A stretch of DNA of 58,252 nucleotides, filler included, from Dirinaria sp. TL-2023a (GCA_051941275.1; 8 parts of 8 records of this genome joined end to end with filler, not necessarily neighbours in it); one strand, 5' to 3'; shown: positions 1 through 13,600, counted from the first letter of the whole stretch. The notes: generated by a model not told the origin, from the letters alone. Numbers and translations are program-made.

Positions 1-325
1 GGAAAGAGGGAGAGAGAGGGGGAGGGGACGGACTTTTTCCGAGATAGAATACGCCATCTTCTGCACACTCCCACCTTTTTTATTAGCGACCTAGTCTAGC
101 CAGCTATCATCAAGAAACTGGGATATGCTGAGGTATTCCCACAAACGCACCGTGAAACTCATTGAGAACTATATATTCTCCAATCAACTTTCATTAGCGT
201 GATCGATCAAAGCGTAAGAGATAGAGGAAAGAAAGAATGGAGGTAGGTTACACACGTCTCTCAAATCCCTTTTGAATTTGGCGCAATCGATCTTTTCTCG
301 ACCTTTCTCTAGATTGTTTGCATTT

Positions 326-854
326 TTACTTTGGATTCGCATTGGTTTGATCTGTTCCATCGAAGGACTTATTATATAGACTGGCCATGATATGAAATCC
401 CGCGATGCGATGCAAACCCACCTGTTTATTTGGTGGTGCTGGCGGATTGAAAGGCTGAGTCCGCATGTCGCCGTCTCCTGGGATACTGGTGCCCCACATG
501 TACATGTTCAGGTCATTCGTGATGGCTTGGACTACCCTGAATAATTCCTGATTGGTGTCAGAGAAAGAGTTCAATATTATAGTCGCCGGTGCGCCAAAAA
601 AAAAAAGAGCCTTGAACTCATGTCCCAAGCAGTATAAGATAAAGGGGAGATTAGGGCAGGGCAGCAAATACAAGCTCGTCGAAGTAGAGATCTGGATTGT
701 GGAAATCCTCGCAGATCGAGTGAAATGTGTAGTCCGTGCCTCTAGTCAAGAGCGGCAGAGCCGATGGACTAAGTCCTCGGCGAGCACTGGCTATGGGGAG
801 AAGAGATGAGATCGTCAGAAGCGTGGCCGAGGTCAAGAGCTTTGAGAAATGCAT
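326..854 (-). CDS. Small secreted protein of unknown function (2 exons, ~134 aa; 3' end uncertain)
   Basis: Signal-peptide-like start MHFSKLLTSATLLTISSLLPIASA followed by RR. A phase-0 intron at 671..548 (GTATTT...CTGAC...CAG) joins ORF 651..854 to ORF 326..673 in frame. Confidence 0.55.
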
Positions 855-1223
855 CGTAGAAAGTTGTCAAGTCAAGCAAAGCTGCTGAAATAATGATGAG
901 GAAGTGAAAATAGACGAAAAGCGAAGTTTTGCTGAAGTAGTCCTGTCTTTCTCTAAGATAGTTCGGTAGGATTCTGGTCGGAGCGCAACTGCCTGGCTGC
1001 GCCACCCCTTCGCCACGTTGAGCGTTGGTAGCTAGCGCTGTACTGGCGAAACATAGCCTAGGATGCGGGAAAGGATTTGAAACATAGAACTCCGCACATC
1101 GCGCTTGGCTTGATCCCTCCTCAAAGTCGGGTCTTGACCTCTGACATGTTAGCGCTGGTAATCTTCCGACTGAATATGAAATTTATCCACAACTAGTCTT
1201 CACGCTCATCTCCAAGAGATAAA

Positions 1224-4117
1224 TCATTGCGTGCTTTCCACATTATCCGTCCATGCCGGCACTCCCTCTCCCACCCAGTTCCCTTTATGGCCAATCTCCG
1301 TGTGATCCCCTTCATCTATGCTCGCTGGAGAATTCTCATCCACTGGATCGTTTCCATCGATGAACTCTTTTATTACCGCTGCAAAGGGTGGATTTTGGTA
1401 CACAAAAGAACGAAATAGCAGGGCTTCGCGGAGCGGTAACAGGCCTTGCCGCCGTCGAAGATCGTTGTCAGAGTGGTGGGCTTGGGGATGAGGCCCAAGA
1501 CGTCTTCTCAGGCATTGCACAACCCAGAACAAACACAATGGACTTCCTGTGTCAAAGGAGAGCCGCGAAAGATGATGGGAACGGAAAAATCGCGAGCGGC
1601 TGCCGATGTCAAACCATCCGACAAAAATCCATAGAATCTGTGAAATCTCATCTAGCAGTGGGTCTTGCCCTGTCCACATACTGCGATTCGTAATTAGCCA
1701 GTATCGAACGTTTCCTGTCTGGTCAGAGACGTCCCGTAAAGACGGTAATCTAGCGGTTTGTGGATCGTGCTTCGATGGATCGTGTACCTGGAGAAGCAGC
1801 TGATGATCGATCAAGAGAGACGCAACAGTATCACGAAGATATAAATCCAGCTCCAACGGTATCACTATCGGTATCGTGATCTGCTTTTCTTGTACAGCAT
1901 CGAGAGTCGGACCATAAACTTGGCGACGAATACGACGTGTGAGATAGTTGTTGTCTATCGCACATTCCACATTAGCATTCAAACTCGTGTTCGCAAAATC
2001 GGTATATTTGAAGGACTTTCATGCGTGCTATTAACCATTTTCAGGAGTTATAGGACTCGATCCTCAAATGAAGATGCTTATCACATGGAATGCGTGTTTT
2101 CTAACCCATTGTTGACAGCTTAAGGTTTTGTGACTTGTGGAGGCAAATATTGGCCTTTGCGTTAAGTCGCGTTGGAGATGATCAATTGAAGAGGATCATG
2201 GTATTTTGACGTCTCTTAGCTTTCTCAATCAAGCTATGTAGCGTCATTTCACGCTGTCAGACACAGTCGTGGGGACATCATTCATGCAGCCACACAGATA
2301 CATCGCGGAGACGAGGAAATGAGAAATTTATAAAGAAATCAGGGGAGAATCGAGACTGCACAAAGAAAAGGCTACTCACAGCCAGTTGGCTGGTACGGGA
2401 TTTGGAGCCTTCCGCATATAGCATGCTGCAACGCCAGGAAATGATCCTGATTCTCTTCATCGATGTTTTGCGTTGGCTGGTAATCAATGAGAGAGCCTCG
2501 GTAGGAAAGTTCGTCGCTATGGAAGAGTTGTTCGTGAGGGACCCATGGCACCAAATGTTGATTGTCGAGGACCTTCTGCCGCCAAGCCTCGGAAAACTCG
2601 AAAAGCTGTTTGACATTTCCAAGCACAATTCCACCTGGCAAACCGATTTCGTACTTGCCGGAATTCATATATGAACCTGCGGAGAGAAATTCCCGCGACG
2701 TTTTGTTAAGCTTGTGTGCTACCTGGGAGGTAGCCTGCCGGGCTAGACTTCTTATCTCTTCAAACCCAGCCGCAATGTCACACCTGTTTCGATCAGCCAG
2801 AAGATTGCTTTGGCCCTGAACACTCTCTTCCAAAGCAGCAGCGAAGAGCGGTATGACTCGTAGTCCGAATCCTTGGTCAGCATGATCCAGGAAACGTCTC
2901 AGCCTCACTCGACCGCTATCATGGGAGCCTACAACAGAGTGCATCTTTAAGGTCATATAGCCAGTTTCAAGCGCTCGCGCGCAGGATGGTAACATCATAA
3001 CGTCAAGTCCATCATAGCCGATCTGACACTGGTCCAAATCCTGATAAAGTAATGCCTCAGTAACGTTCTTGAAAAGCTTCAGCTTGATTTTGATGGGACG
3101 GATTGGAGGGGAGGAGAGCAAGCTTATGCCGGATGCTGTCTTGATTACTGTTGTTTCTTCGTCCATTGCGGCACAGTTGTTCGCCCATACGGTATAGATC
3201 TCGTCCACCTTCGCATTGGCTTCTTCCACGCTCAAGCCGTAGATGTACAAATGGATGTCTTGGTAACTCAGTCTACTACTTTGATGGTCATGCTCGTACA
3301 CAACCCCATAGGCTGTATCAAGCCCACCATCTTCAACAACCCGGCGCCGGCCATAAAATGTGGAAAATTTGTCATCTTCCTGAATGTCTTGTCCGTGTAG
3401 AAGAGTCTGTAAGACAAGATCGCCAGCTAGTAGAACGTTTTCCCAGTCAAGTCCTCGCAAAATGTTTCTTGTGACATACTGCAGGTTATTCCCGAATGCA
3501 ACACTGGTTGTACAGAAATCTATTGCACTCTTACGATAGAGATCTAAGAGCTCGAGACCGCCCTTGGGAGGGCTCTTGCGCGTTAGCCTTCCATATCCGT
3601 TGCCGATTGATACAACGGATAACATCTTGCAGAAGTCTCCGAGAGTCACGATGTAAGCTTCATCGTCGTTGTCGGCCGCTCCGGACATTATATAGCACGC
3701 GTTGAAATAAACGGCGTCATCGACATCAATGAAGTCGCGGCCCTTTTCCATACGCTTGTTCGCCGCCGTAAGACAAGCACGGAGGACTGGATATCGCATG
3801 CGAACGTCCATCAGCAAGTAACGGACAGCTACATCGTCGAGGTTGCTGATGATGTATTGCGCTGTATCGTCAAGGTCGTCGGCAGAGTTGAGGACCCGGA
3901 GGACTGCAGCCAGAGCAGTGGATTTGAGGGAAGGCACCGCTCTTCCTCGTGACTGTTCAGCATGATAGTTATCGATGAATGCGCCTAAGGACGACTTCAG
4001 CAATGAGGATACGGAGAGGTCGCCCAGCGCCCCGGCACTTATGGCAGCCAAGAGCTGGTCGGATTCGAGATGCCAGAGATCAAGAAGGGTTTTCGGGATA
4101 CCACTATCCTCTGACAT
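1224..4117 (-). CDS. ~822-aa protein with a nucleotidyltransferase-like central domain (2 exons: 4117..2380, 1954..1224)
   Basis: The 581-aa and 252-aa ORFs are joined in frame by intron 2379..1955 (GTGAGT...GCTAAT...TAG), giving ...QPTG-Y-NNYLTRRIRRQVYG. Motifs: LRGLDWENVLLAG, DIHLYIYGL, DLDQCQIGYDG, ARALETGY. Confidence 0.75.
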
Positions 4118-5162
4118 GACGATTTTCAGCGTGTCAGTCCAAAGGACGCATAGCTATCGTTGAGCAAGTAAATGGAGACGTGACGCCAACAATGGACTAT
4201 CTACGGGACAGTGGGGGACATCAAGGAGAGCAATATAGAAACGGCACCACGTCACGAACATGTCTCGAAGTCACATGACAGGCAGCAGAGACATCGATCC
4301 CGCTATCCGGTCATGTGAACTGCAAGACTGAGAAGCAATCAGGCAGTCATCAGGCTGTACCTTAGGCTCACAGGCCACTACGACTAAAATACCTTCAATG
4401 ACCTTACCGTAGGTACTGTAGTACATCACTTGGTCAATAATGCTACTGTACTATCGGTCTCACCAAGACTGCTGGCTAATCGACGCTAAGCCTAAGGAGG
4501 CGACAGCTTTAATCCATGTAAGCGACATTACTAATCATGTCTCGAGAGTGAGAGCCGAGGAGCCAATCAAGCTCAAGGAAAGCCGGGATTGCGCTAAACC
4601 CGGCAGTCATAACCTTATGTAATGTACATTGAGGTACGGAGTAGGTACAGGAGTACTGGGATACTTTATCCCAGCGACCTTTGTTCTTCATTGGAGGTTG
4701 GTATCGTCCTACTGCTGGTGATGACATTCAGCAAAAAATTTTTTGCGCTGACAGGGTGGGGAACAGTACAACGATGGTTATGGATCACAGGACGAAAATC
4801 TTGTGCGGAGGTATTCGTCCAACGAAAGACGCAAAAACACGATGAATTAAGAATCAGTGTCGGGCTCGAAAATATTAGAAAGTAGGGATACCTACTTGAG
4901 CACCCCATACCTTACCTTTCTACTTTACCTTCCTTAAGGTAAGGTACGGTAATCGCGTCAATGCTCTAAGCGGCGAATCAGTCTTTCAATTTATAAGCAC
5001 GGCAGCATGGGTTTGTAAGCTGAACGCATTGTATCCTGTACAAAAGCTTCTACCATCGCTATCTCTCTGACAGCGACATCTTCTTTTGACAGCAGATAAA
5101 TTAGAGAAGACATATTAATCTTTAATTCACACTCTGTCGGTGCCGTGTTCGAATATTCCGCC

Positions 5163-6153
5163 ATGGCTCCGGATGATCTCTCGCTCGCTGGCAAGACCGC
5201 TCTGATCACAGGATCAGGGAGAGAGAATGGAGTCGGCGCCGCTATTGCTAGAGCTTTCGCCCGGAACGGCGCTGCTGTAGCCCTTCACTATGTGTCGGAA
5301 GGGTCGAAGCCACGGGCGGAGAAAGTGGCGGCAGACATAGCAAGGGATTCTGGAAACAAAACCACCGTCGTTCACGGATCGGTGCGTGATTATAATGCGA
5401 CCAGACAAATGGTTTCGCAAGCTCTCGAAGGCCTTGATACTGACCACATCGATATTCTTGGTATGTTGTGGCGTTAAAATCTGGCACGTTGCGCCTAACA
5501 CTCAGATCTTTCTTCAATCTCAACTCTTCCTTTTAGTTTGAGGTCAGGATGATTCTAAATGTCTTCGTGATGTAGTCAACAATGCAGGCGATGGCGCTAC
5601 CCAACCTCTTTGGAAGGCAACGCCGGAGCATCTCGAAAGCTCGTTTGGCGTTAATGTCTACGGCCCAATTTACTTGACTCAAGCTGTTGTGAACATCGGC
5701 AAGATGCCAAGAGGTGGTCGTATTATCAACATTGGCACCGTGGTCTCAAAAATGGGTATGGCTGTTGCCGCCGTCTATGCTGCCGCAAAAGCAGCCCAGG
5801 ATAGTTTGACAGCGTCTTGGGCTAGCGAAGTAATTACATATTGACCTTTCTCCACCCCTACAATACAAACACGTGCTAATGGCCTTTCGTAGCTCGGCTT
5901 CAAGCACGGAATCACTGTCAATACACTTGCACTCGGACCAGTCCCGACGGACACGTCCAAGCAGTACCTCGTAAGCCCTGAAGGCGGCCCAAGCGAGATT
6001 CATGGAGCCTTCGTGGCAATGACACGCGCCGAGGAGCGCGTTGGGACAGCTGAAGATGTTGCTGATGCTGCGCTTCTCGTTGCATCAGAGAAAAGCCGTT
6101 GGATTACCGGACAGTACATTTCAGTCAGCGGCGGCGTGACCGGCACCAAGTGA
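5163..6153 (+). CDS. Short-chain dehydrogenase/reductase (3 exons)
   Basis: KTALITGSGRENGVG Rossmann motif, LVNNAG formed across intron 5461..5575, catalytic YAAAK, second intron 5830..5892, C-terminal WITGQYISVSGG, stop at 6151-6153. Confidence 0.92.
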
Positions 6154-6632
6154 GCAGAATATGGTGTGATAAAGTCAACGTAATGAGCGTTACTGCTATG
6201 TTTTGTCTCCCGAAGTGAGCGAGCATTCGAAGGCCGCGGGGAAACTAGTAAGGGGAATGTAGCGGAGCTAGAATTCGAGGCATCTGCGCAGGTCTCCCGG
6301 CTCAAGCGAGATACGAGCGGGCTGTGATTCACATCCGTGCACTCCTAGTGCACCAAGCACAGGATGCTGCGGCGGAAACGCCTGCGTCATTCTTAAAGGT
6401 AGCCTTGGCAATTTGACCGTCAAGGACTTTTAGCTCTCGGCTATCTGTTTCGAGGTTCATTAGTTGTACTGGACCGTGATGCAGTCAATCGAGTAACGTA
6501 GTAAGGAAGGGGAATATAGGCTATATCTGAACACAATGCCAAGCATGTGCTACATCGATGAGAAGCAAGACGAAGGACAGAGTCATCAATGACTAGCAAA
6601 AGTACTTACAAGCCGTACCAATATTGCCATCA

Positions 6633-7203
6633 TCATTGTCCCTTATTCAGCCCAAACAGTCCCCCAAACAAGCCTCCTCCTCCGCCTGTTCCCCCAGCAC
6701 CTCCCCTTCTAGCTTCATCTTCAATCCACAATCTTAAAAACTCTTTATCCTTCATCTCGTCCACCTTTGTAAGCATAGTCTTCAACTGCGGCTCCTGCCT
6801 ACTAAAGCTCAGCAGGGTAGGCATAGAATTGATCTAATTCACCCCAGCATTAGCCACCGGCTTGCCCCTCACTCGCTTCCTAGCATACAAAATATTTCAT
6901 CCCCAGATTCCCCATATCCGGCGCATCAACGTGCACCTCTGCGAGACCCACTCCCCCTTGCTGTTCGCCCACCCCATTGTCGATCGCTTCTCGGACGAGT
7001 GGGAGCACGACGCGACATGACGGGCACCAGGAGGCGGTCCATAGGGTGATCAGGGGCTGTCTGGAGGAGGCGGAGAGAAGTGTGAGGGAGTTGAAATCGT
7101 GTTCGTAGCGGATGCTGGGATGATGGCTTAGTTCGGACTCGCGTTCTGAGGGGAAAGGGTTTGGGAAGGGGGGAGGAATACCTACGGGTCGTACACTCGA
7201 TTG
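6633..7203 (-). CDS. Thioredoxin-like protein, 5'-truncated by the contig end
   Basis: Minus-strand translation near 7080-6890 reads QPLITLWTASWCPSCRVVLP...AEVHVDAPD. It splices to the last exon INSMPTLLSFSRQE...WIEDEARRGG and a Gly-rich tail. Confidence 0.8.
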
Positions 7204-7303
7204 NNNNNNNNNNNNNNNNNNNNNNNNNNNNNNNNNNNNNNNNNNNNTTAATTAATTAANNNNNNNNNNNNNNNNNNNNNNNNNNNNNNNNNNNNNNNNN
7301 NNN
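7204..7303. other. Artificial contig-joining spacer
   Basis: N44-TTAATTAATTAA-N44, with stops in all six frames. Confidence 0.98.
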
Positions 7304-7920
7304 TTATTATAGTGAGAAGACCTACCGTGTCTTACGTACTTGCACCTTATAGGTTCTCCTATGTCGACAGATTTAGTAAGTGGCGACCGACATATCTCCG
7401 AATCCACACGCTTAATAGCTCGACATGTCTACCGAGTCTCTCTATTCATGCATCGTAGTCTTAGAAATCCACAATGAAACATGCTAGCTGGCACAAAAAA
7501 AGATGGCCGGTCTCAAATCCCATGATTCTCCTTGTTACACGCCGACACAAGAGCTTGAGCTCGCACAGCATGCCAGAGTCTAAATCAGAAAGTCATCGAT
7601 GTGTCATTATCTGGAAGTAACGGGCCGGTCAACGGATATACCTTACCTTATGCTTTGAAGTTCTGGGAGGTAAGTGCGTGGGATATATATTCGCCCAACC
7701 TCCTTCGAACCAATCATCCCGCCAATGAAAGAATGGGACATAAGACAGTAATTTTTCTCAATTTTACTCTTTCATCGAGATACAAATTTTGAACTCATTT
7801 TTGAGCGCTAGGGAAGTGCTAAGTGTTTTTTTTTTTTTTTTTCACTAACAAAAGAATTAACCAACAGGGTTTCTGTACATCAAGAGTCATTAGAAGCCGA
7901 TCTTCTGGATTTTAGTATAA

Positions 7921-9120
7921 TCATTCGGACGAATCGTCCTTCCCCTTCTCTTTAATTTTTTCAGATCCTATAGTGTCCATTTCCCCACTACTTACGTCGC
8001 TTACGCCGCTGCTGCTTCCGCTGCTTCCACTTCCTGCCCGGTCGCCCTTCTCCTTCCGCCGTCTTCGCCTTTCTCTCCTCCGTGCTTTTTCGTCATCTAC
8101 AATCACATAGCCTTCGCTTCTTTCGACAAGGCTTCTGTAGTAATCGCAAAGAACTTCCGGCTTCGGCACAATTTTCCACTCCACCCTCCACAGAAACTCC
8201 AATTCCAGCAGCGCTAATTCTTTCAAGCTGACCCCTCCGCATCTCGCATACGTGTTATTTGTCCAGAAACTATCGCTCAGCCCCTTTGAAGCTACGGTAG
8301 CACTTGCGATCAGGAAGCGGTGCACTGTCAAGCTACTGATATTGAAAGCCGGGTACAGCGCGCAGAGACGATCGATGTAGTACACCATAGATAACAAAAT
8401 TGGAGGCGAGAGGGTAGCGTGCGTTGTGAGTCGTTGAAGGTAGTCCTTCACCGATATCCCAGGTGGAGCCCGAGAATGAAAACGTGTAAGGCCGCCATCC
8501 CTCAGTGGTATCTCGTCGTTCAGTCGTATCAGTTCCATCAACATAGCACTGATAATATTGACGAGGTCTCGGACGTCGCAGGTTTCGTAACGGGAGGGCA
8601 TAGGCTTCGGAAGTGGATCCGGCCCGCGAGCACGTTTCGCGGAACTAGACGCCGAAGAAGCAGAGGCAGTAGGGGAGGAATTTGAAGTTTGCTTGAACTT
8701 GTCCTGCGCCACAATATTCGAATCCCGGGGATGAGAAGTTGGAGGTGGAGAAGCGGCGGCTGTTCGTTTTTGTGGCATTTGGGGGGCAAGGGCCGGCGAC
8801 GGCGGGGTGGATTGGATAGGCCGTTTACCAGAGGTATCTGCGGAGTCGATTGGTTTAGAAGGAGGCGTGTACTGCGTACCAGCATCTACGGTGGTTTTCG
8901 AGGAACAGGTTGAGCCGGAAACAGAGGGTCGGGAAGGCGCGGTTGGTGGAGTATGGCGGGGGAAGGCTGCGGGTGGGGGAGGTCTGATGAAGGACCGTGG
9001 ACTTGTAGCATTGGCGTACCAGTATGTTCCATGCTGGGAGGACTGCGAATACAGGCTATCTCGTAGACATGAGCTGGATGTACTTGCGTGCAGAGTTGGT
9101 GATGGTGAGGAAGTCAGCAT
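7921..9120 (-). CDS. PHO80: Pho80/PREG-type cyclin (phosphate-regulon negative regulator)
   Basis: Cyclin box LTRFHSRAPPGISVKDYLQRL...TVHRFLIASATVASKGLSDSFWTNNTYARCGGVSLKELALLELEFL. Likely start MLTSSPSP at 9120; the ORF is open up to 9372. Confidence 0.88.
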   Translation of the reverse strand: MLTSSPSPTLHASTSSSCLRDSLYSQSSQHGTYWYANATSPRSFIRPPPPAAFPRHTPPTAPSRPSVSGSTCSSKTTVDAGTQYTPPSKPIDSADTSGKRPIQSTPPSPALAPQMPQKRTAAASPPPTSHPRDSNIVAQDKFKQTSNSSPTASASSASSSAKRARGPDPLPKPMPSRYETCDVRDLVNIISAMLMELIRLNDEIPLRDGGLTRFHSRAPPGISVKDYLQRLTTHATLSPPILLSMVYYIDRLCALYPAFNISSLTVHRFLIASATVASKGLSDSFWTNNTYARCGGVSLKELALLELEFLWRVEWKIVPKPEVLCDYYRSLVERSEGYVIVDDEKARRRERRRRRKEKGDRAGSGSSGSSSGVSDVSSGEMDTIGSEKIKEKGKDDSSE

Positions 9121-10659
9121 CTCAATGTCCTCAGCCTGGCCCTGACTGTTTCTGGCAATGCTCCGCTTGAGACTGGTCTGAGCGAGGGTACGCGCATAGC
9201 TGTATAGCTTGTTGAAGATATTGATCAGCGTCCGCTCGTCGTAGGTGCAAGGCACGAAGTCTTTGGTGGTTTGAAAACAGTCGATACAGCGAGTTGGTCG
9301 AGTGGGAGGAGGAGGATGAGGGGCGGGACGGGCAAGGCTTGGCTCAGCCCTAATTCGGACACCGCCTGGCATCGTGAGGCGGTGAAATATTATTGTGCGG
9401 CTGTGGCATCGAAATCTCCCACTTTACTTTAGGGTTGTTTCGAGGTTTGGCAGGCAAGGTACGGTACCCTTAAGGTACACTAGCATAAGCAATACAAAGC
9501 CCCAATTCAGATCGCATCAGCTCAAGTACGGAATGTTGGATTGATATCAGCACTTCTTCCAAGTTGTCCTATCGATCCAAACACTCTTTCCCCCATCTTT
9601 GTCCAACCTCATCGATCGCTATTATATCCTCGTGTCGGAAAAAAACCTCTCTCCTTCTGCGCTTTCCATGGCTTTCATTTCGCACTACCCCAGATTTTCC
9701 CCGCAAAAGACCATTCAGATAGTGGTAAATCTAGCAGCACAGGCCCTTCGAATGCCGACAGCCGCAATGCACGTCCTTCGGGCCCATCCGCTTTCCTCAA
9801 CGGGCAATTAGGAGCATCTTCATCATCCCATTCAGTGCTTTCAGCGTCCAATTGCTTTTCGTATATTATGTAACTAACACCCGGCTGTTTCAAGTGGCAA
9901 TATCGGGTCAGTGTTTTGGTCTAGTCATAGCGCTTCGTTTGAATAGCCGCAATATGCAAGATGCTGAAGGACCACTGAATCTTCGTGTTGAGCCCACGTG
10001 GGTCGATCAGAGACGTACAGTGCAGCACAAGGTCCATCGAGGGTAGTAGAGAACAAGAAAATTCGGATAGTCAGATGCAAAGCACACGTCACAGACTGCA
10101 CAGACGTGACAAATGGATAAAAAATTACTGGTAGAGATCTGATGCGGAGAGACAAGACGTCGGAGACTTTCAAGAAGCTAGGATACCCACATGACAGCCG
10201 TTGCGGAGAGGCCAGGCCTGGAGCGAAAGGGAAGAAGCACAGATGGTTGGAGAGCTGGTATGGACACTGACATGCGGAACGCGGCTGGGCCGGCATGTGA
10301 GAATGCTGCAATGCCCTTTACGCGACATTGCCAGATCTCCCAGCAAGCAGCATCGTGCTCAATCTGATCGAGGCGGATTTATGCACTGTAAATATGTACA
10401 TATGTACTGTCAGTGCAATAGATACTGTAGAATCCTGGTGAAGCAAGAGCTATGGAATAATGACCTCCGAGGCTCCGAGGGCTCCCATACTACTATGATA
10501 CTCCACATGCTACAGTATCCGAAGTTTACCCGATGCAACTTCCTAAACCGAACCTCATCCGTATCTAATATGTAGCTCTGATCGTAAACTTTACCTTACC
10601 ATCTCTACTTACGTTCTTGCTTTCCCCCCTCCTCATCCGCTCCTATAGTCTTGGGCACT

Positions 10660-13600
10660 ATGATGCGCCCCTCATCTTCCTCCATAGCGGCTCAGCTTCC
10701 GAACTTCTCCTCTCCAGACACTCGTGTTGCGTCACTGCGGGCTCTCAAGAATGAACTCATCGGCCATGACGAAAAGAAAGAGCTGTGGGTCAAATCAGGC
10801 GTGTTGAAATTTTTGTCGACCATCTTGAGCTGCGGCAAAGGCCCCATAATACATATCGAGAGGCATTCCGAACCGAGAAGCGAGCAAGAGGAGGCAAGAC
10901 TTCAGGCAATCATTGTGGTGGGAAGCATTGCACAAGGTGGGTTCTGAGAAGACAGTGGTCGATCGTTCTGACCGTCCCTCCTCTCTTTCTCTTTTTGTAC
11001 TCGCACAGTCTTATCTGAGTGCTAAATGGTGGACGTGGTTCCCGCATTACCACAACGTACAATTCTGACTCATTTTGTATTCCCTTGACCCACCTAGCCC
11101 TGGCTTGCAGATTGGGTACCGTTCATGTAGCTTCATTTCAAACAAGCCTAGAACATGTCGCAGGACTCTGACTGAGTAGCAGGAGGTCCGGCTTTTACGT
11201 CCCCAATCTATAATAGTGGCTGCCTCTTTTCGCTTTTGGACTCCCTCTCACCCGCAGAGTCCGTTGCGGCCCCTTTACTAGCATCTTTACGAACCCTCAA
11301 TACTATCGCAGACTCACGCTTATTACAGCATCCATTGCATTCTACACACCCTGATGTGCTGTTGGACTCCCTTTACACAGAGCAAAGATTAGAGTACATT
11401 TCGGAAATCATCTCACAGCAATCCTCCTCGTGGGCTGTGCAGCAACAGATATCACTTGCGGCGAGCCTACTGGCCAAGACATGTCAAGACGAGCATCATC
11501 GCAAACTGATCGAACAGGTTGGGCTACTCGGGGTCCTGGCTACGAAATTAGCGTCATTCATTGTCGCTACCGGCTGCAGTATAGGAGGACAAAATGGGAT
11601 CCGTAATGGAATACCACCTCCTGCGCCAGACAAGGCCGAGCTGGCCCCAATCCTTGATGCTGTTTGTACGGTCATGGACAGGTCGAAAGCGCGATGGTCA
11701 CGCTTCTTTTCTGCGCCGGCTTTTGAAGCTGTCTTTCCCAAAACATATCCAGACGGTCCCATCAGCTTCCCACGTAAATCATCCCCTAACCCCATCGAGG
11801 CTCTCATACCCCATCTTCAGACTTCCAGCAAGGGTGCGCCAAGCGCATCTACCTTCCCAGGCGCTGTCGGAACCTCCTCCCAGCCTTCGCTACGAGCATT
11901 TGGCTTCTCTATCGAGTCAATTGACGGCTCGCCTGAAAGCCAGGAAAGCTCTGTAGTGCCGTGGCTCGTTTACATGGCGAGAGCGGAGGCCAGTGCTGTT
12001 GCTCGATTAATGGCAATTCAGGCAGTCACCAATCTTTACCGATGTGGGCTGACCCACAAGCGTAGAGAAGCCGAGTTTGCAGCGATCTTGGTGCCACTAT
12101 TGGTAGGTATGCTCGACAAGCCAGCGAGCAAGCCAAATGCTATGACCAACGGCCGGAAGGAGAGCAAAGCCGCTCGACAGCTCATTAAGGAGCGAGCACC
12201 GGCTGTTCTAGCAACATTGACCGTTGACAGCTTTGATCTGCAGCGAGCCGCCATCGACGCTGGATCTATCAAGAAGTTGTCGCAAATTTTGAAGCAGTCT
12301 TACGATCCTCTGCCACCATATTCCATCACCTCGCTTTGGTCGCCTGAGCCCCCAAATGACGGCTTGGACACCACTGAAGAATTCTCACTCGGGAAACCTG
12401 GCCTCTCACCGGCAGTATATCATTTGACACGGATGAGGGAGTCGTCTTTAACGGGCTTGGCAGCTATTGCATCTCTCAAGGATGAATTTCGCAAGTCCAT
12501 CATTGAGAATGGCATCGTACCCTTCATAATTCAGTCGTTGAAGCCGTATATCGCAGACTCGTTTGTAAGTCCATCAAAGCTACCGGCCGATGATCCTAGC
12601 AATTCAGTGGCCGTCTCTGAGAATCCTAAAGAAATCATACTGGCCGCCTGCGCTTTGGCTAGAGGCTTGTCACGCTCAGTAAGCACTCTTAGGACGGCTT
12701 TGATGGATGCAGGCCTCGCGACCCCACTGTTCCAGTTACTCAAGCATCAGGACGTTGAGATCCAAGTTGCGGCAACGGCCGTCGTCTGTAACCTAGTTCT
12801 AGACTTCAGTCCCATGCGTGAGGTATGCTTGTTCTGTCCCAACATCTGCAATTGAACCTACTCACAGTTTGAAAAGGCAATCATCGAAGCCGGTATCCTC
12901 AAAGTCCTGTGCTCCCACGCTCACTCCATGAACGCAAAGCTTCTCCATAACTCTCTCTGGGCTCTCAAACATTTAGTATTAAATTCCCCCAAACCTCTCA
13001 AGATTTCCTGCCTTGACGAGCTGGGTCCAGGCTGGTTAAAGCAAATCATCTGCAATGGTACCGAAGACCTACGAGACTCCCAGCCTCCGTCCAGCATGCA
13101 TACTCCCAATGCAGCAGGTATGCAAGTTGACCTTCTCAATGCCGTCGACGCCTCTAGCACCAGTCTGCCCAGCGCAGATGAAGACTCGGAAGGCGATGTC
13201 CGTATGTCCGACACTGAGCCCTCACGAACCTCGCGTCCTACACCTACGAGCCGTCTCTCCGGCAGTCTCTCTCTGTCGTCCACTGCAGACGATCTCGCAA
13301 TCCAAACGCAGGGTCTAGAATTCATTCGCAACCTTATTTGCGGTCCAGATGCGAGGGAGATGATCGACTACCTTTTCAACGAGCTGGGGCAGGATAAGTT
13401 CTTCGAAATACTCGCCGCAAAGCTCCGTACGAGGGTTCACAACGCCTATACCCGCCGCTCGGCTACAGGTAGCATATCCAAGACATTTCCTCCGGTTCGT
13501 CCCAATCAAGCGAGCATAGACATCATTACCAGTGTGACGTACATCCTCGTGCACATCGCAGCAGGTTCCCCTCGCCATCGCCAACAACTGATCGCTCAGA

